DNA of 63,988 bases, counting the filler, from a bacterium (GTDB taxonomy: Bacteria; JBBIVP01), in assembly GCA_037439705.1 (NCBI GenBank). It is 3 parts of 3 records of this genome, joined end to end, with 100 filler letters (N's around TTAATTAATTAA, not from the genome) between each part and the next. Parts side by side here need not be neighbours in the genome. Positions count along the whole stretch, not along the records: positions 1 to 28,058 come from JBBIVP010000005.1; positions 28,159 to 54,474 come from JBBIVP010000006.1; 1 more part is not named here. One strand, given 5' to 3'. A program made the translations under genes and the position numbers. How positions within the stretch are numbered: position 1 is the stretch's first letter; every line of letters begins with the position of its first letter. The notes under the pieces were generated by a model. That model was not told the origin of the DNA, did not search any database, and worked only from the letters and a program-made list of their open reading frames with translations. This document shows, in pieces, positions 18,204 to 28,494 of the stretch.

Positions 18204-19618
18204 CTATCCTTTCTGAATGGATTCAAGAAGAAGGTAGGGCATTCCTTCCATATCTCCTGAAGACATAAAAATTACTACATCGCCCTCTTTAAGGGAATTC
18301 TTTATTTTTAATATATCCCTGTATCCATCAAGAGGATAAGCAATTTTTCCATTCATTTTTAATGAAGTTACAATAAAATCTTCAGAAATTGCTTCATCAT
18401 TTTTGAGATTTGATTTTCCATAGGCAGGAAGTAAAAAAATTATATCAGCGTTTTGAAAAGATGAAATATATTCTTTTTCAAAAACTTTTTTTCTTGAAGA
18501 ATGGGTTCTTGGCTCAAATACACATACAATCCTGCTTTCAGGAAAAGTCATTCTGAAGGCTTTTATTGTCTCAAGAACTGCAGTAGGGTGGTGGGCAAAA
18601 TCATCATAGATTTTTATCCCCTTCGCCTCTCCAACAAACTCCTGACCCCCTTAAATTCTTCCATTGCTGAAACTACCCTGTTCAAATCCAGTCCAAGAAG
18701 GGCAGCCACCGCAATGACTGCTGAAAAATTTGATGCATTATGCATTCCAATCAAATATCTGTTTTTAACCACAATTCTCCCATTTGGCGTTTCAAAAATA
18801 AATTCACCGTTTTTAACTTCCACTGGTTTATAAAGACTCTCCTCCCCCCTTCCAAACCACAAAACATCCCTCCCTGACCTTCTTACCATATCCTTTAAAT
18901 GTTCCCATTCAGAAGAACAGAGAATTTTTGTAGAAGAATTTCTGGTTATAAGTTCAAGAAAGGTTCCTTTAAGATGGTTTATGTCCTTATAAATGTCTGC
19001 ATGATCAAACTCAAGAGAGTTGATGAGCAAGATCTCTGGTGAAAAGTGAAAAAACTTTGGCTTTTTGTCAAAGAATGAGGTTTCATACTCATCTCCTTCC
19101 ACAGCATAAAATTCCTCTCCGATAGAGAAAGACCTGTTTGTATTTTTAAGAATTCCACCGACAAAGAAACCTGCGGAAAGCCCCAGTTCCTTAAGCATCC
19201 ATCCAATTGCAGAAGAAACAGTGGTTTTTCCGTGGGTTCCTGTTACGAGAATTACCCTTTTATTCTTTAAAAAAAAATTATTGAGTGCCTCGGGCATTGA
19301 AGTATATGGCTTACCACTTTCAATTATATGCCTTGCCTCTTCATTCGTTGAGGAAATGGAATTTCCTATTACATAGCAATCAAAATTTTCAGGTACATTT
19401 TCTTTTGAATAACCCCTTTTTAAAGGGATTTTTAGTTCGTTCAATAAGTCTGAGGCTGGAGGAAAAAATGCTTTATCAGAGCCTTCAACATGCCAGCCCG
19501 ACTCTTTAAACATACCGGCCAGAGCGCTCATTCCTATTCCACATATTCCGACCAAATAAACTTTTTTTGTTGATTTTTTATCTACCAAATTATAGTTTTC
19601 TTCCTGTTGCTCTAACAA
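18204..19618 (-). pseudogene. mpl: Mur ligase Mpl (murein peptide ligase), frameshifted near 18640
   Basis: GICGIGMSALA, GTHGKTT, EGDEY, EFDHADIY in frame 1; YDDFAHHPTAV, FEPRTHS, MSSG in frame 2; likely start TTG 19588. Confidence 0.85.
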
Positions 19619-20609
19619 ATTTTGAAAGATTTTCCATCATAATTTTAAACTTTTCTGGTTTAAGGGATTGGGTTCCATCACTGAGAGCCTCCTCTGGATT
19701 GGAATGAACCTCTACAAGAAGTCCATCCGCACCTGCTGCAATAGCTGCATAACACATAGAAGGCACATATTCCCAATAACCTGTTGCATGACTCGGGTCA
19801 ACAATCACTGGCAGATGGGTCTTTTTCTTCAGAACTGGAATTGCTGAAATATCCAGTGTGTTCCTTGTGGCTGTCTCAAATGTTCTTATCCCCCTTTCAC
19901 AGAGAATCACATTTGGATTTCCCTCGGAGAGAATATATTCTGCAGCAAGCAGGAATTCTTCAATTGTTGTCATCAATCCCCTCTTGAGAAGAACAGGTTT
20001 ATTTATTTTGCCAAGTTTTTTCAAAAGAGGAAAGTTCTGGACATTTCTTGCTCCAACCTGAAGGACATCTGCATAGTCTGCAACTGTTTTCACATCTTCA
20101 GGTGACATCACTTCTGTCACCACAGGAAGTCCCGTTTTTTTCCCGGCCTCTGCCAACATTTCAAGTCCCTTTTTCCCGAGCCCCTGGAATGAATATGGAG
20201 CGGTTCTCGGTTTGAAAGCACCCCCTCTCAATGCGCGAGCTCCTGCTTCCTTCACTTTCTCGGCAATTTCCAGTATCTGTTCCTTACTCTCCACAGAACA
20301 GGGACCCGCTATCACAACAATTTTTTCTCCACCTATAATAACATCTTTGCCAATTTGAACCCTTGTCCCTTCAGGATTTGTAGTTCTTGAAGCAAGTTTG
20401 TAAGGTTCAAGGACCATAAGAACCTTCTCCACGGGCTCAATTGCTTCAAGAATTTTGTTGTCTTCCTTTCCCCTTTCATCTCCTATACAGTTTATAACGG
20501 TTCTCAACACTCCCCTGAGCAAATGGGGTTGATAGCCCAGCTCCTCTACTTTTTTTTTGACCTTTTCTATGTCTTCTTCTTTTGCTCCTTCTTTAAGCAC
20601 TACAATCAT
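19590..20609 (-). CDS. aroF: DAHP synthase type I-beta with N-terminal regulatory domain
   Basis: [47 protein letters not shown]. Confidence 0.96.
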   Translation of the reverse strand: MIVVLKEGAKEEDIEKVKKKVEELGYQPHLLRGVLRTVINCIGDERGKEDNKILEAIEPVEKVLMVLEPYKLASRTTNPEGTRVQIGKDVIIGGEKIVVIAGPCSVESKEQILEIAEKVKEAGARALRGGAFKPRTAPYSFQGLGKKGLEMLAEAGKKTGLPVVTEVMSPEDVKTVADYADVLQVGARNVQNFPLLKKLGKINKPVLLKRGLMTTIEEFLLAAEYILSEGNPNVILCERGIRTFETATRNTLDISAIPVLKKKTHLPVIVDPSHATGYWEYVPSMCYAAIAAGADGLLVEVHSNPEEALSDGTQSLKPEKFKIMMENLSKFVRATGRKL

Positions 20610-20619
20610 CTTTTTCTCC

Positions 20620-21639
20620 TTAAAATTTTATTCTTTCATTATATACCTTTCTTCGTGCATTCGCAAGCATACATGAATATTTTGAAGGCTGTTGAAAATT
20701 TTTATTCTCCAGAAAGTTGATACCTACACAATAATGACAAAAATCTACTGATGGACATCCCTCGCACTTTTTTACTAATTTTCTGAGAAGCCTTCTTACT
20801 TTCTTTATCTCCTTTCCATTCCATATATTTTCAAAATTTTGTTGAATTATGTTTCCACAGGGAATTCTCAATTGAATACATGGTGATACTGTACCCTGAG
20901 GGTCAATGTTAAAGAAATTTACACCCGCTCCACACAGATATCTACGATTTTCAATTTTTTCATTGGGGATTTGCTCACAGGTGCTAAAAATTTCCCTCAC
21001 AACCCGCAGGGCTTCCAGAAGTTCATCCTCATTCAGTCTTAAGGATGTTGGCGCCATATCGCCATTGTCCGCCGGAGTTATAAAAAAGTCAAAATATGTT
21101 TTTGAACCAAAAACTTCACCTATTTTGTTCGCTTTTTCAATTTCTTCCTTATTCTGTTTCATAACCACCATTTTTAAATTCACTTTAATTCCCCTTTTTC
21201 TTAAAAGTTCCAGAGATTTCAAAAGCTTCTTGAAAGAACCCTTCTCTCCTGTAATGGAATCGTGAACTCTTTCATCTCCATAAATGCTCATCTCCACTTC
21301 AAGGATTTTAAGTTTCTGAAGCCTTCTTGAAATATTCTCATTTAAAAAACTCCCGTTTGTGAATATCCTCAAAGCTATATCTTTTTCTGAAGCAAACTCC
21401 ATAATTTTTATTGCATCTTTTCTCAAAAATGGTTCTCCTCCAGTAAAGGTTAAAAAAATGACCCCATTTTTTCTTAAAACTTCAATAACCTTTTTCCATT
21501 CTTCAAATCCGAGTTCTGAATAATAATGATTTTGGACATAACAGTGGATGCACTTAAGATTACATCTGTAAGTAAGTTCAACGGTTGCTCCAATAGGAAC
21601 AGGAATTTCCTGATCAAGAATTTTATAGGGAAAACTCAA
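20620..21639 (-). CDS. Radical SAM protein with SPASM domain
   Basis: [18 protein letters not shown] cysteines CGAG...PC...CEGC....FC..C...C. Confidence 0.9.
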   Translation of the reverse strand: MSFPYKILDQEIPVPIGATVELTYRCNLKCIHCYVQNHYYSELGFEEWKKVIEVLRKNGVIFLTFTGGEPFLRKDAIKIMEFASEKDIALRIFTNGSFLNENISRRLQKLKILEVEMSIYGDERVHDSITGEKGSFKKLLKSLELLRKRGIKVNLKMVVMKQNKEEIEKANKIGEVFGSKTYFDFFITPADNGDMAPTSLRLNEDELLEALRVVREIFSTCEQIPNEKIENRRYLCGAGVNFFNIDPQGTVSPCIQLRIPCGNIIQQNFENIWNGKEIKKVRRLLRKLVKKCEGCPSVDFCHYCVGINFLENKNFQQPSKYSCMLANARRKVYNERIKF

Positions 21640-21657
21640 GATAGAATCCCTTTAAAT

Positions 21658-21855
21658 TTATGCTAAAGCTTCCTTCAGATGAGCCCCTCTCTGGAGACAG
21701 CTTATGCATATTTTTATTCTCTTTGTCCCTTCTTTTGTTTTTATCCTTACTTTTTTAAGATTCGGAAACCATCTTCTTGAAGACCTATTGTTAGCGTGAC
21801 TTACCTTATTTCCATAAATTGGACCCTTACCGCATATTTCACATCTCTTGGCCAT
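21658..21855 (-). CDS. rpmB: 50S ribosomal protein L28
   Basis: [21 protein letters not shown]...R.WFPNL...CISC; start overlaps rpsT stop. Confidence 0.96.
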   Translation of the reverse strand: MAKRCEICGKGPIYGNKVSHANNRSSRRWFPNLKKVRIKTKEGTKRIKICISCLQRGAHLKEALA

Positions 21856-22163
21856 TATGACACCTTCAACAAAATCTGGTTTGCCTTCTCGTAAAGTCTT
21901 GAAACATCCCTTGCTGCCTTTCTCGGATGAATTATACCATTCTGTCCCGCCCTCTGGATTATGGAAACCGCCTCCCTCAAACACTTCTCAACCTGTTCCT
22001 TATTCCCTGATTCTATCGCATCGAATAGAGCTTTTTTTGCAGCTTTTATTCTTCCCTTCCACCACCTGTTCCTCAATCTTCTCTTTATATTCTGCCTCTC
22101 CCTTTTTTTAACCGATGGACTCTTCTTTGGTCCCTTCCTTTTCTTCTTTACTTCCTCTGCCAT
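21855..22163 (-). CDS. rpsT: 30S ribosomal protein S20
   Basis: [24 protein letters not shown]. Confidence 0.93.
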   Translation of the reverse strand: MAEEVKKKRKGPKKSPSVKKRERQNIKRRLRNRWWKGRIKAAKKALFDAIESGNKEQVEKCLREAVSIIQRAGQNGIIHPRKAARDVSRLYEKANQILLKVS

Positions 22164-22169
22164 GCGTTC

Positions 22170-22198
22170 TTTTTACACAATTATTATTTTTAAGTCAA
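22170..22198 (-). promoter_or_regulatory. Promoter TTGACT-17-TAAAAA with TG extension, 6 nt before rpsT ATG
   Basis: Hexamer spacing; no Shine-Dalgarno between -10 and ATG. Confidence 0.5.
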
Positions 22199-22277
22199 GT
22201 ATTTCAAAAAAATGTAGACCAATATGGAAATCGCGCCCATGATGAAAATTCTGATTAAAAAAACATGTCAAAAAGTT

Positions 22278-23897
22278 TTATTTTTCTAAAATCAGAATTC
22301 GCCTCTGGTTCACTGGCATATATATTGAATAGGAGGTAAAGTTTTCCTCTGTGAGTGCTAAAACTTTTTCATCGTTAAAGGCATCAAGGACCTCTCCCCT
22401 TTTCTTCTCCCACGGAGTTCCCGTGAGGTCAATTTTTATTATTTTATCAAAAAATGAAAGGTTTAAAATGACAAGAACCCAATCGTCCTCTTCACCTCTG
22501 AAATATGCAAAGACACCGTTATCTTTTGTATCAACTGAAATATATCCCCTTTTTCTTAAAGGCTGGATGGCGTTTCTCGTCCTTATCAATTTTCTGTAAA
22601 AATTGTAAAGAGAGGACGGGGCTTTCCTTTCTGATTCAACATTTTTGATTTTATAGTTTCCTGAAGGAGGAATCCAGGGCTTTTTAGAACTGAAACCTGC
22701 ATTTTCCTTATCATTCCATTGCATCGGCGTTCTTGCGATATCCCTCCAGTCAACAACCACATCCTTTCCGTTATTTATTCCTATTTCTTCCCCATAATAA
22801 ACAAATGGGGTGCTCGGGAGCGTCATCTGGAGGAAAGCCAGATTTTTTGCCCTTTCATCATTTTCCCCCATTATAGAATAGGACCTTGGTATGTCGTGAT
22901 TTCCTATAACAATTCCCTGCCATCCTCCTTCTGGAAACGAAAGAAATGTCTCATGAAGAACATTATCAACAAACTCCTTTCCGCCAAAAAGAGCGGAGGA
23001 ATAAAGGGCATATGTCAGAATAAAGTTGAAAATCATGTGAAGTTCATCATTTCCAGTATATCTATTTATCTGGGATGGCAATCCCCACACTTCCCCTATC
23101 ATCGCCCTTCCTTCATATTCATCAAAAACCCTTCTCATTTTTTTAAGAAATTCATGGGTTTCATTTCTGTGGACGCAGAGGTTATTTAATAGGTCCTCAA
23201 AATAGGAATCAGCCACATCAAGCCTGAAACCATCAACTCCCTTCTCAAGCCAGAACCTCACCACATCAATTATTGCGTTTTGAACATCCTCATTCCAAAA
23301 GTTCAAATCAGGCTGTTCCTTCAAGAACCTGTGAAAGTAATAGTGATCAGTTTTTTGATGGTATGTCCACCTTTCTCCTCCAAATGTTCCCGGCATGACA
23401 ATTATGTCATTACAGTTGAAATAAGGAGAATCCGACCAGACATACCAGTTCCTCTTGGGATTTTCTCTATTACTTCTTGATTCAAGAAACCATGGGTGCT
23501 GGTCAGATGTATGATTGAATACTCCGTCAAGAAATATCTTTATGTTCCTCCTGTGAGCCTCATAAAGAAGATCCTCAAAGTCCTTCATATCTCCGTAATC
23601 GGGATTAATCCCGTAGTAATCAGCGATATCATATCCTGAGTCCTTGTAAGGGGAAGGGTAAATCGGATTCAGCCATATCCCTCCGATTCCGAGGTCCTCA
23701 AGGTAGTCAAGTCTTTCTATTATTCCCCTCAAATCACCAATTCCATCCCCATCCGAATCCATGAAACTTCTCGGAAATATCTGATAAAAAACCACTTCCT
23801 TGAACCATTCCGGAAGTCCTGAGGGTGCTTTTTTGTCAAATTTCTTTTCTTCTGCACAGGAAAGGAAAATAACCAATAAAAACAGAAATCTCTTCAT
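22278..23897 (-). CDS. GH13 alpha-amylase/alpha-glucosidase family lipoprotein
   Basis: Lipobox FLSC; YQIFPRSFMDSDGDGIGDLRG, NHTS, GFRLDV, IGEV, GNHD, YYGEEIG, RTPMQW. Confidence 0.9.
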   Translation of the reverse strand: MKRFLFLLVIFLSCAEEKKFDKKAPSGLPEWFKEVVFYQIFPRSFMDSDGDGIGDLRGIIERLDYLEDLGIGGIWLNPIYPSPYKDSGYDIADYYGINPDYGDMKDFEDLLYEAHRRNIKIFLDGVFNHTSDQHPWFLESRSNRENPKRNWYVWSDSPYFNCNDIIVMPGTFGGERWTYHQKTDHYYFHRFLKEQPDLNFWNEDVQNAIIDVVRFWLEKGVDGFRLDVADSYFEDLLNNLCVHRNETHEFLKKMRRVFDEYEGRAMIGEVWGLPSQINRYTGNDELHMIFNFILTYALYSSALFGGKEFVDNVLHETFLSFPEGGWQGIVIGNHDIPRSYSIMGENDERAKNLAFLQMTLPSTPFVYYGEEIGINNGKDVVVDWRDIARTPMQWNDKENAGFSSKKPWIPPSGNYKIKNVESERKAPSSLYNFYRKLIRTRNAIQPLRKRGYISVDTKDNGVFAYFRGEEDDWVLVILNLSFFDKIIKIDLTGTPWEKKRGEVLDAFNDEKVLALTEENFTSYSIYMPVNQRRILILEK

Positions 23898-23898
23898 T

Positions 23899-24990
23899 TC
23901 AATAATCCGAAAGATAGTGCACCTCAATTATCTCTTTATCTGCTGAAGCGAAAGCAAAAATGAAATCATCAGGAGGAATGGGAATAGCAGAAATCCACAA
24001 TCCATTGAATCCCTTTGATTCAAGCCTTTTGAACCTCCAGAATTTTTCAAATTTTGATACAAAAACCACAGACCCATAACTTCCATCAAAGGCGAATATG
24101 GAAAGTGACCCATCAATCAAAAATGGATGCGAAAAAATTCCAAACCCTCCCCTTTTCAATGGATATTCGGGAGAAGACCAGACACCGTCATTCATAAGAA
24201 TTCCGAGACAGCTTACATCCGGATGGCTATTATAAAAGGTTATGCCAAACAAATTTCCCTCCTGAAATGGCTTCATCCACTGGGCAATAAATTTCTTTGT
24301 GGAAGGGAGGAGTTTAAAAATGGTTGATGTATTCTTTATTTTTAATTCCATATCAAGAAGTGTTCCATCAAGGGTTCCTGATTCAAGATTTGTATAAAGA
24401 AGATGAACATCATTGCCAGATATAATAATAGTTGATGATACCCCGTTCAAAAGATTTTCTTCCTGAAGATTTTGATGTATCACCCCTTCTTTAACAGGGA
24501 CATAATTTTTCCCTTTTACCAGCCACAACTTCCATCTCTTTTTGTCCTGAGAGATAAAATAATAAGATGTTATCAATTCTCCGGAAACATTTATTGCACT
24601 TATTCCAGCTGCATAACCTCCATCCTCTGAATGAAGAACATTTACTCCGTTTCTGAACGAGTAAACTCCATTTCCATTTGTGAAAACTATTAATGGTTCA
24701 TCTGCTGAAATGAGAACGGATTCCATCCTTCCTGATGTGCTCTCCGCTATTGATTTCATTCCCCATGAGCCATCCCTTTTTGCCCCTGCAAATGTAAGAT
24801 TCTTATTTAAATGGTCAAAAAATGTAAAAGCTGGCAATCCATCTTTTTTCAGGCTCAGAGAAATGGCTTCTCCCTTTCTATTTATAATCCTCTGGAAGTT
24901 CGGTTTTGAGGAAGTGCTCTTACAAACCTCCTGGGAAGCGATTGAGAATGGCAGGAATAATAAAAAAACGCTCAAAAATTTAAACCTCAC
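23899..24990 (-). CDS. Secreted hypothetical protein (beta-rich, possibly propeller)
   Basis: Signal peptide; long ORF coupled to neighbours. Confidence 0.65.
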   Translation of the reverse strand: MRFKFLSVFLLFLPFSIASQEVCKSTSSKPNFQRIINRKGEAISLSLKKDGLPAFTFFDHLNKNLTFAGAKRDGSWGMKSIAESTSGRMESVLISADEPLIVFTNGNGVYSFRNGVNVLHSEDGGYAAGISAINVSGELITSYYFISQDKKRWKLWLVKGKNYVPVKEGVIHQNLQEENLLNGVSSTIIISGNDVHLLYTNLESGTLDGTLLDMELKIKNTSTIFKLLPSTKKFIAQWMKPFQEGNLFGITFYNSHPDVSCLGILMNDGVWSSPEYPLKRGGFGIFSHPFLIDGSLSIFAFDGSYGSVVFVSKFEKFWRFKRLESKGFNGLWISAIPIPPDDFIFAFASADKEIIEVHYLSDY

Positions 24991-26087
24991 TGAAAAACCT
25001 CCATATTTTCCTCAGCAAATCTGACCTCCCTGTTCAATCTGTCCGAAATGACCAGCCCCAATTTTTCAGAATATATTTTTGCATCAAACTCTGATACGAG
25101 AACAGGACAGTTATCTTCCCTCGTTTGAGAAATTTGAAAAATCTTCCAGTTTCCTTTTTTCCTCCTTGCCATCCTTATGCTTGCATCTTCAACATCAAAA
25201 TATAGAATGACAGGCTCTCCCTCTTCATCCTCAAGAAGAATGGGAAATTTGCCCACATTCAAATCAGAAGTATCAACACTTTCTATCTTCCAGTTTTCTT
25301 TTTTTTCTGCAAAAATAAGGTTTCTCACGTTCATATCGTAATAGGCAATACGAATACAATCGCAGGATGATGAATAGAATATGGAATTAAATCTTCCCCT
25401 GTCAGAATTACCATCCACCACTTCTACATTCCACCCGCTTTTATCTTCCTTTAACCATGCATGTTTTAAAACACCGTGAAATCCTTCATAATAGGAGATG
25501 TGGGGAATCATTTTTTTATCCAGGGTAATTGATGTGGCTGAAAAAACCTCTCCTCCTCCAACAAGTTCATAATATCCTGGATCAACGGTCTCCCTCAAAA
25601 TCTCTCCGAGATAAACCCTCGCATATATAAGGTCCAGACCTGAAAGGTTCACATAGGAAAAATTTAATCCACCATCCCTGTCCTCTACCATATCTGAACA
25701 AGCCCCTGTATCTCCCTCAGCATCAATTAGTGTAGAAATCCAGCCACCTGCAGTCTTTCTGAACATAGTAAGATTCCCCATATCATAACCTGTAAATGCA
25801 AAATTTTCTGTTGATGTCCATATTGCCTTTCCAATTTCAAGAACCGGATAGGAAATTCCAATTTTTGATACCATCCATTCATTTCCTCTTAAAATTCCAA
25901 ATTCAGCCTGAGCAATTTCTTCGTTAACAAACACAACCGCTGGTTCTCCGTCTCTGTTAAACGCCAATTTCGGAGATGATGACAGAACATCCCTTTTTAT
26001 AACATTCGTGGAAACAGCAACAGGAATAACTTTTTCTTCGCCGCATCCCAACAGAAAAAGAAAAATTATGGAAAATGTCCTTTTCAC
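24987..26087 (-). CDS. Lipoprotein with repeated beta-propeller-like motifs
   Basis: Lipobox LLGC; repeats of P.I.YY...L..A...W..E.VD..G. Confidence 0.7.
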   Translation of the reverse strand: MKRTFSIIFLFLLGCGEEKVIPVAVSTNVIKRDVLSSSPKLAFNRDGEPAVVFVNEEIAQAEFGILRGNEWMVSKIGISYPVLEIGKAIWTSTENFAFTGYDMGNLTMFRKTAGGWISTLIDAEGDTGACSDMVEDRDGGLNFSYVNLSGLDLIYARVYLGEILRETVDPGYYELVGGGEVFSATSITLDKKMIPHISYYEGFHGVLKHAWLKEDKSGWNVEVVDGNSDRGRFNSIFYSSSCDCIRIAYYDMNVRNLIFAEKKENWKIESVDTSDLNVGKFPILLEDEEGEPVILYFDVEDASIRMARRKKGNWKIFQISQTREDNCPVLVSEFDAKIYSEKLGLVISDRLNREVRFAEENMEVFQ

Positions 26088-26133
26088 TCTTTAAATTTCA
26101 AACCATTTTTCACAAAATGTCAAGCCGTTGTAC

Positions 26134-26253
26134 AAGTTATATACTTATGCGACATTTTATGAGTTTGAATGAGATAATTTAAGGGGCTTTTTAAACCAAG
26201 GGATTTGTTTCATCTCTCCCTCTCACTCCTTAATGTCGCATATACCTTAACTT
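26134..26253. repeat. Long imperfect inverted repeat in intergenic region
   Basis: TATGCGACATT (26146-26156) / AATGTCGCATA (26232-26242) perfect 11 bp, plus outer AAGTTA/TAACTT. Confidence 0.65.
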
Positions 26254-26295
26254 TTCCAGAGGGGGTTTGTTTGAGAGGGGGGCTGTCTGTTATCT

Positions 26296-26676
26296 CTACT
26301 TAATTCTCCTGATCTCTATTATCTCGTCCTTTTCAGGGTCGTATTTGAAAAATGGCATATCAATCCATAGTCCCTCAAGGTCATAAAATCTCCTGACATC
26401 CGGAAGAAAGAGGTGAAGAATCACATCTCCATAATCCATCAAGATCCATCTCGAGCCAGGATACCCTTCTATTCCTTCAGGATATATGCCAAGCGGAGAA
26501 AGTTCCTCCTGGATAAAAAGACAGAGGCTCTCTATGTGCCTTTCGGATGTCCCACTTGCTATCACGAAATAGTCAGCGAAAGGAAATCTCTCACGGACAT
26601 CAATAATTATAAGGTCTTCTCCTTTTTTCTCATAAATTTTCTTTGCAATTGTTTTTACCACATCATCCACCTTCAT
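26296..26676 (-). CDS. rsfS: Ribosome silencing factor
   Basis: KKGEDL, ADYFVIASG, WILMDYGDVILHLF, R.FYDLEGLW. Confidence 0.96.
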   Translation of the reverse strand: MKVDDVVKTIAKKIYEKKGEDLIIIDVRERFPFADYFVIASGTSERHIESLCLFIQEELSPLGIYPEGIEGYPGSRWILMDYGDVILHLFLPDVRRFYDLEGLWIDMPFFKYDPEKDEIIEIRRIK

Positions 26677-27307
26677 TTAACCTCTTCCAGTATTTCTGCA
26701 ATCTATGCATTTTTATATACTCAAGAACTTTATCTGGCAGAAGATACCTTGCACTTTTCCCTTCAACCATAAGCCTTCTTATTTCATCTCCTGATATATC
26801 AAGCCAAGGACCGGAAATTATCTCTATTGTCCTTCCAGATGATGGATTGTAAAACCCTGATGCTTTTTCCTTATATCCCGGAGGAGGAGAAGGCTCGTGG
26901 TTTTTTCTCTTATAAACTATAAGGTTTGAAAGCATGAGGATTTCTTCCCAGTTCTTCCATGTGTGAATCTCATTTAGAGAATCGGAACCCATGATAAGAA
27001 ACAAGTCTCTATCCGGATATCTCTTTTTCAATTCCCTGAGAGTATCTACCGTATATGAAATTCCCCTTCTTTTTATTTCCACAAGAGAAATTGAAAAATT
27101 TTTGTTTCCCTTTAATGCGATTCTGAGCATTTCTACCCTGTGGTGTGGTGGCTGGAGAAATTCCTGGGACTTATGTGGGGAAATATAAGTTGGAATAAAC
27201 AGAACCTTCTCAAGAAAAAACTCTTCTCTCGCCACCTCTGCAATTCTCAGATGTGCATAATGAACGGGATTGAAACTTCCTCCAAATATTCCTAACCTCT
27301 TCTTCAG
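26663..27307 (-). CDS. nadD: Nicotinate-nucleotide adenylyltransferase (probable CTG start)
   Basis: Frame extends upstream of the track ORF to LKKRLGIFGGSFNPVHYAH; SPHK, SYTVDTL, GSDS, W..W; proA-nadD-rsfS synteny. Confidence 0.92.
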   Translation of the reverse strand: MKKRLGIFGGSFNPVHYAHLRIAEVAREEFFLEKVLFIPTYISPHKSQEFLQPPHHRVEMLRIALKGNKNFSISLVEIKRRGISYTVDTLRELKKRYPDRDLFLIMGSDSLNEIHTWKNWEEILMLSNLIVYKRKNHEPSPPPGYKEKASGFYNPSSGRTIEIISGPWLDISGDEIRRLMVEGKSARYLLPDKVLEYIKMHRLQKYWKRLNEGG

Positions 27308-27309
27308 TT

Positions 27310-28058
27310 CTACTCCCTAACCTGCCCGTTTCCAAACACTATGAACTTTGTGGTGGTGAGTTCCTCAAGACCCATCGGACCAAAAGCGTGGATTTTTGTA
27401 GTGGAAATTCCTATTTCTGCACCCAGACCGTATTCAAATCCATCAGAAAATCTTGTTGAAGCATTTACCATCACTGAAGAAGAATTGACCATTTTAATAA
27501 ACTTCATCGCGGAAGAATAATTCTCGGTAACGATGACGTCGGTATGCTCCGAACCATATTTTCTTATATGCTCAATAGCCTCATCAAGAGAATTAACAAC
27601 CCTGACTGCGAGAATAAGGGCTAAATACTCTTCATACCAATCATCTTCTATGGCTGGCTTTGCCTCAGGTATTATCCCTCTTGTCTCTTCACATCCCCTT
27701 ATTTCCACTCCTCTCCCAATAAGCTCTTTTGCTGCAGGTGGAAGGAATTTTTCCGCCACATCTTTATGGACGAGAAGGGTCTCCATTGCATTACACACAC
27801 CCGGACGCTGTGTTTTTGCATTTATTACAATTCTCAATGCCTTTTCAAGATCAGCATCTTTGTCCACATAAACATGACATACCCCTTTATAATGCTTAAT
27901 AACCGGAATTTTTGAATTCTCAACAACAAATCTGATAAGCTCTTCACCCCCTCTTGGAATTATAAGGTCTATATTTCCTTCTTCCTTAAGCATATAATTT
28001 ACTGCGGATTTATCTTGAGTCGGGATGAGCTGAACTGAATCTTCCGGAATGTAATCCT
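27310..28058 (-). CDS. proA: Gamma-glutamyl phosphate reductase, 5'-truncated by contig end
   Basis: [54 protein letters not shown]. Confidence 0.96.
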
Positions 28059-28158
28059 NNNNNNNNNNNNNNNNNNNNNNNNNNNNNNNNNNNNNNNNNN
28101 NNTTAATTAATTAANNNNNNNNNNNNNNNNNNNNNNNNNNNNNNNNNNNNNNNNNNNN
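28059..28158. other. Artificial contig-join spacer
   Basis: 100-nt N run with central TTAATTAATTAA (stops in all six frames); genes truncated on both sides. Confidence 0.95.
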
Positions 28159-28494
28159 ATGAGGTTCTATGCAGATTGTGGATTTGGAATAATTGATGAG
28201 ACCACAGGACCTCAAGACCACATAACTTGTGAGTTAAAATTTATGTCAATGATGTGTGTGAAAGAAAGTGAGGGATGGAAGGAGTCCTTTGAAGAGGCAC
28301 TGAAGTGGTTACACAGAGAGAGGAAGTTCCTGAAAGAACACATTCTTCAATGGGTTCCGCAATTCTTAAAAATCGTTGAAAAAGAAAATGATGGGTTTTA
28401 TTCTATTATTGCTAAACTTACGCATAAATGGGTTGAAATGGATTTTGAGTATATAAAGGATGTTTTACATTTTCCTAAGGAGGTGAGTCTATGA
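28159..28494 (+). CDS. TorD/DmsD-family molybdoenzyme chaperone, C-terminal part
   Basis: FY...G, PQDHITCELKFM (PDH..EL.FM motif), FLKEHILQWVPQF, FY..IA. Confidence 0.85.
   Translation: MRFYADCGFGIIDETTGPQDHITCELKFMSMMCVKESEGWKESFEEALKWLHRERKFLKEHILQWVPQFLKIVEKENDGFYSIIAKLTHKWVEMDFEYIKDVLHFPKEVSL

Noticed and set aside
18614-18660. Programmed ribosomal frameshift in mpl
   Set aside because: Conserved RR residues are missing in every frame, so sequence has been lost rather than recoded
21658-21984. 108-aa N-terminally extended L28 in ORF track
   Set aside because: Extension overlaps rpsT in another frame; real start is ATG 21855
28059-28158. TTAATTAATTAA palindrome within N runs (also 54519-54530)
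   Set aside because: Identical 100-nt artificial contig linker; gene adjacency across it carries no biological meaning
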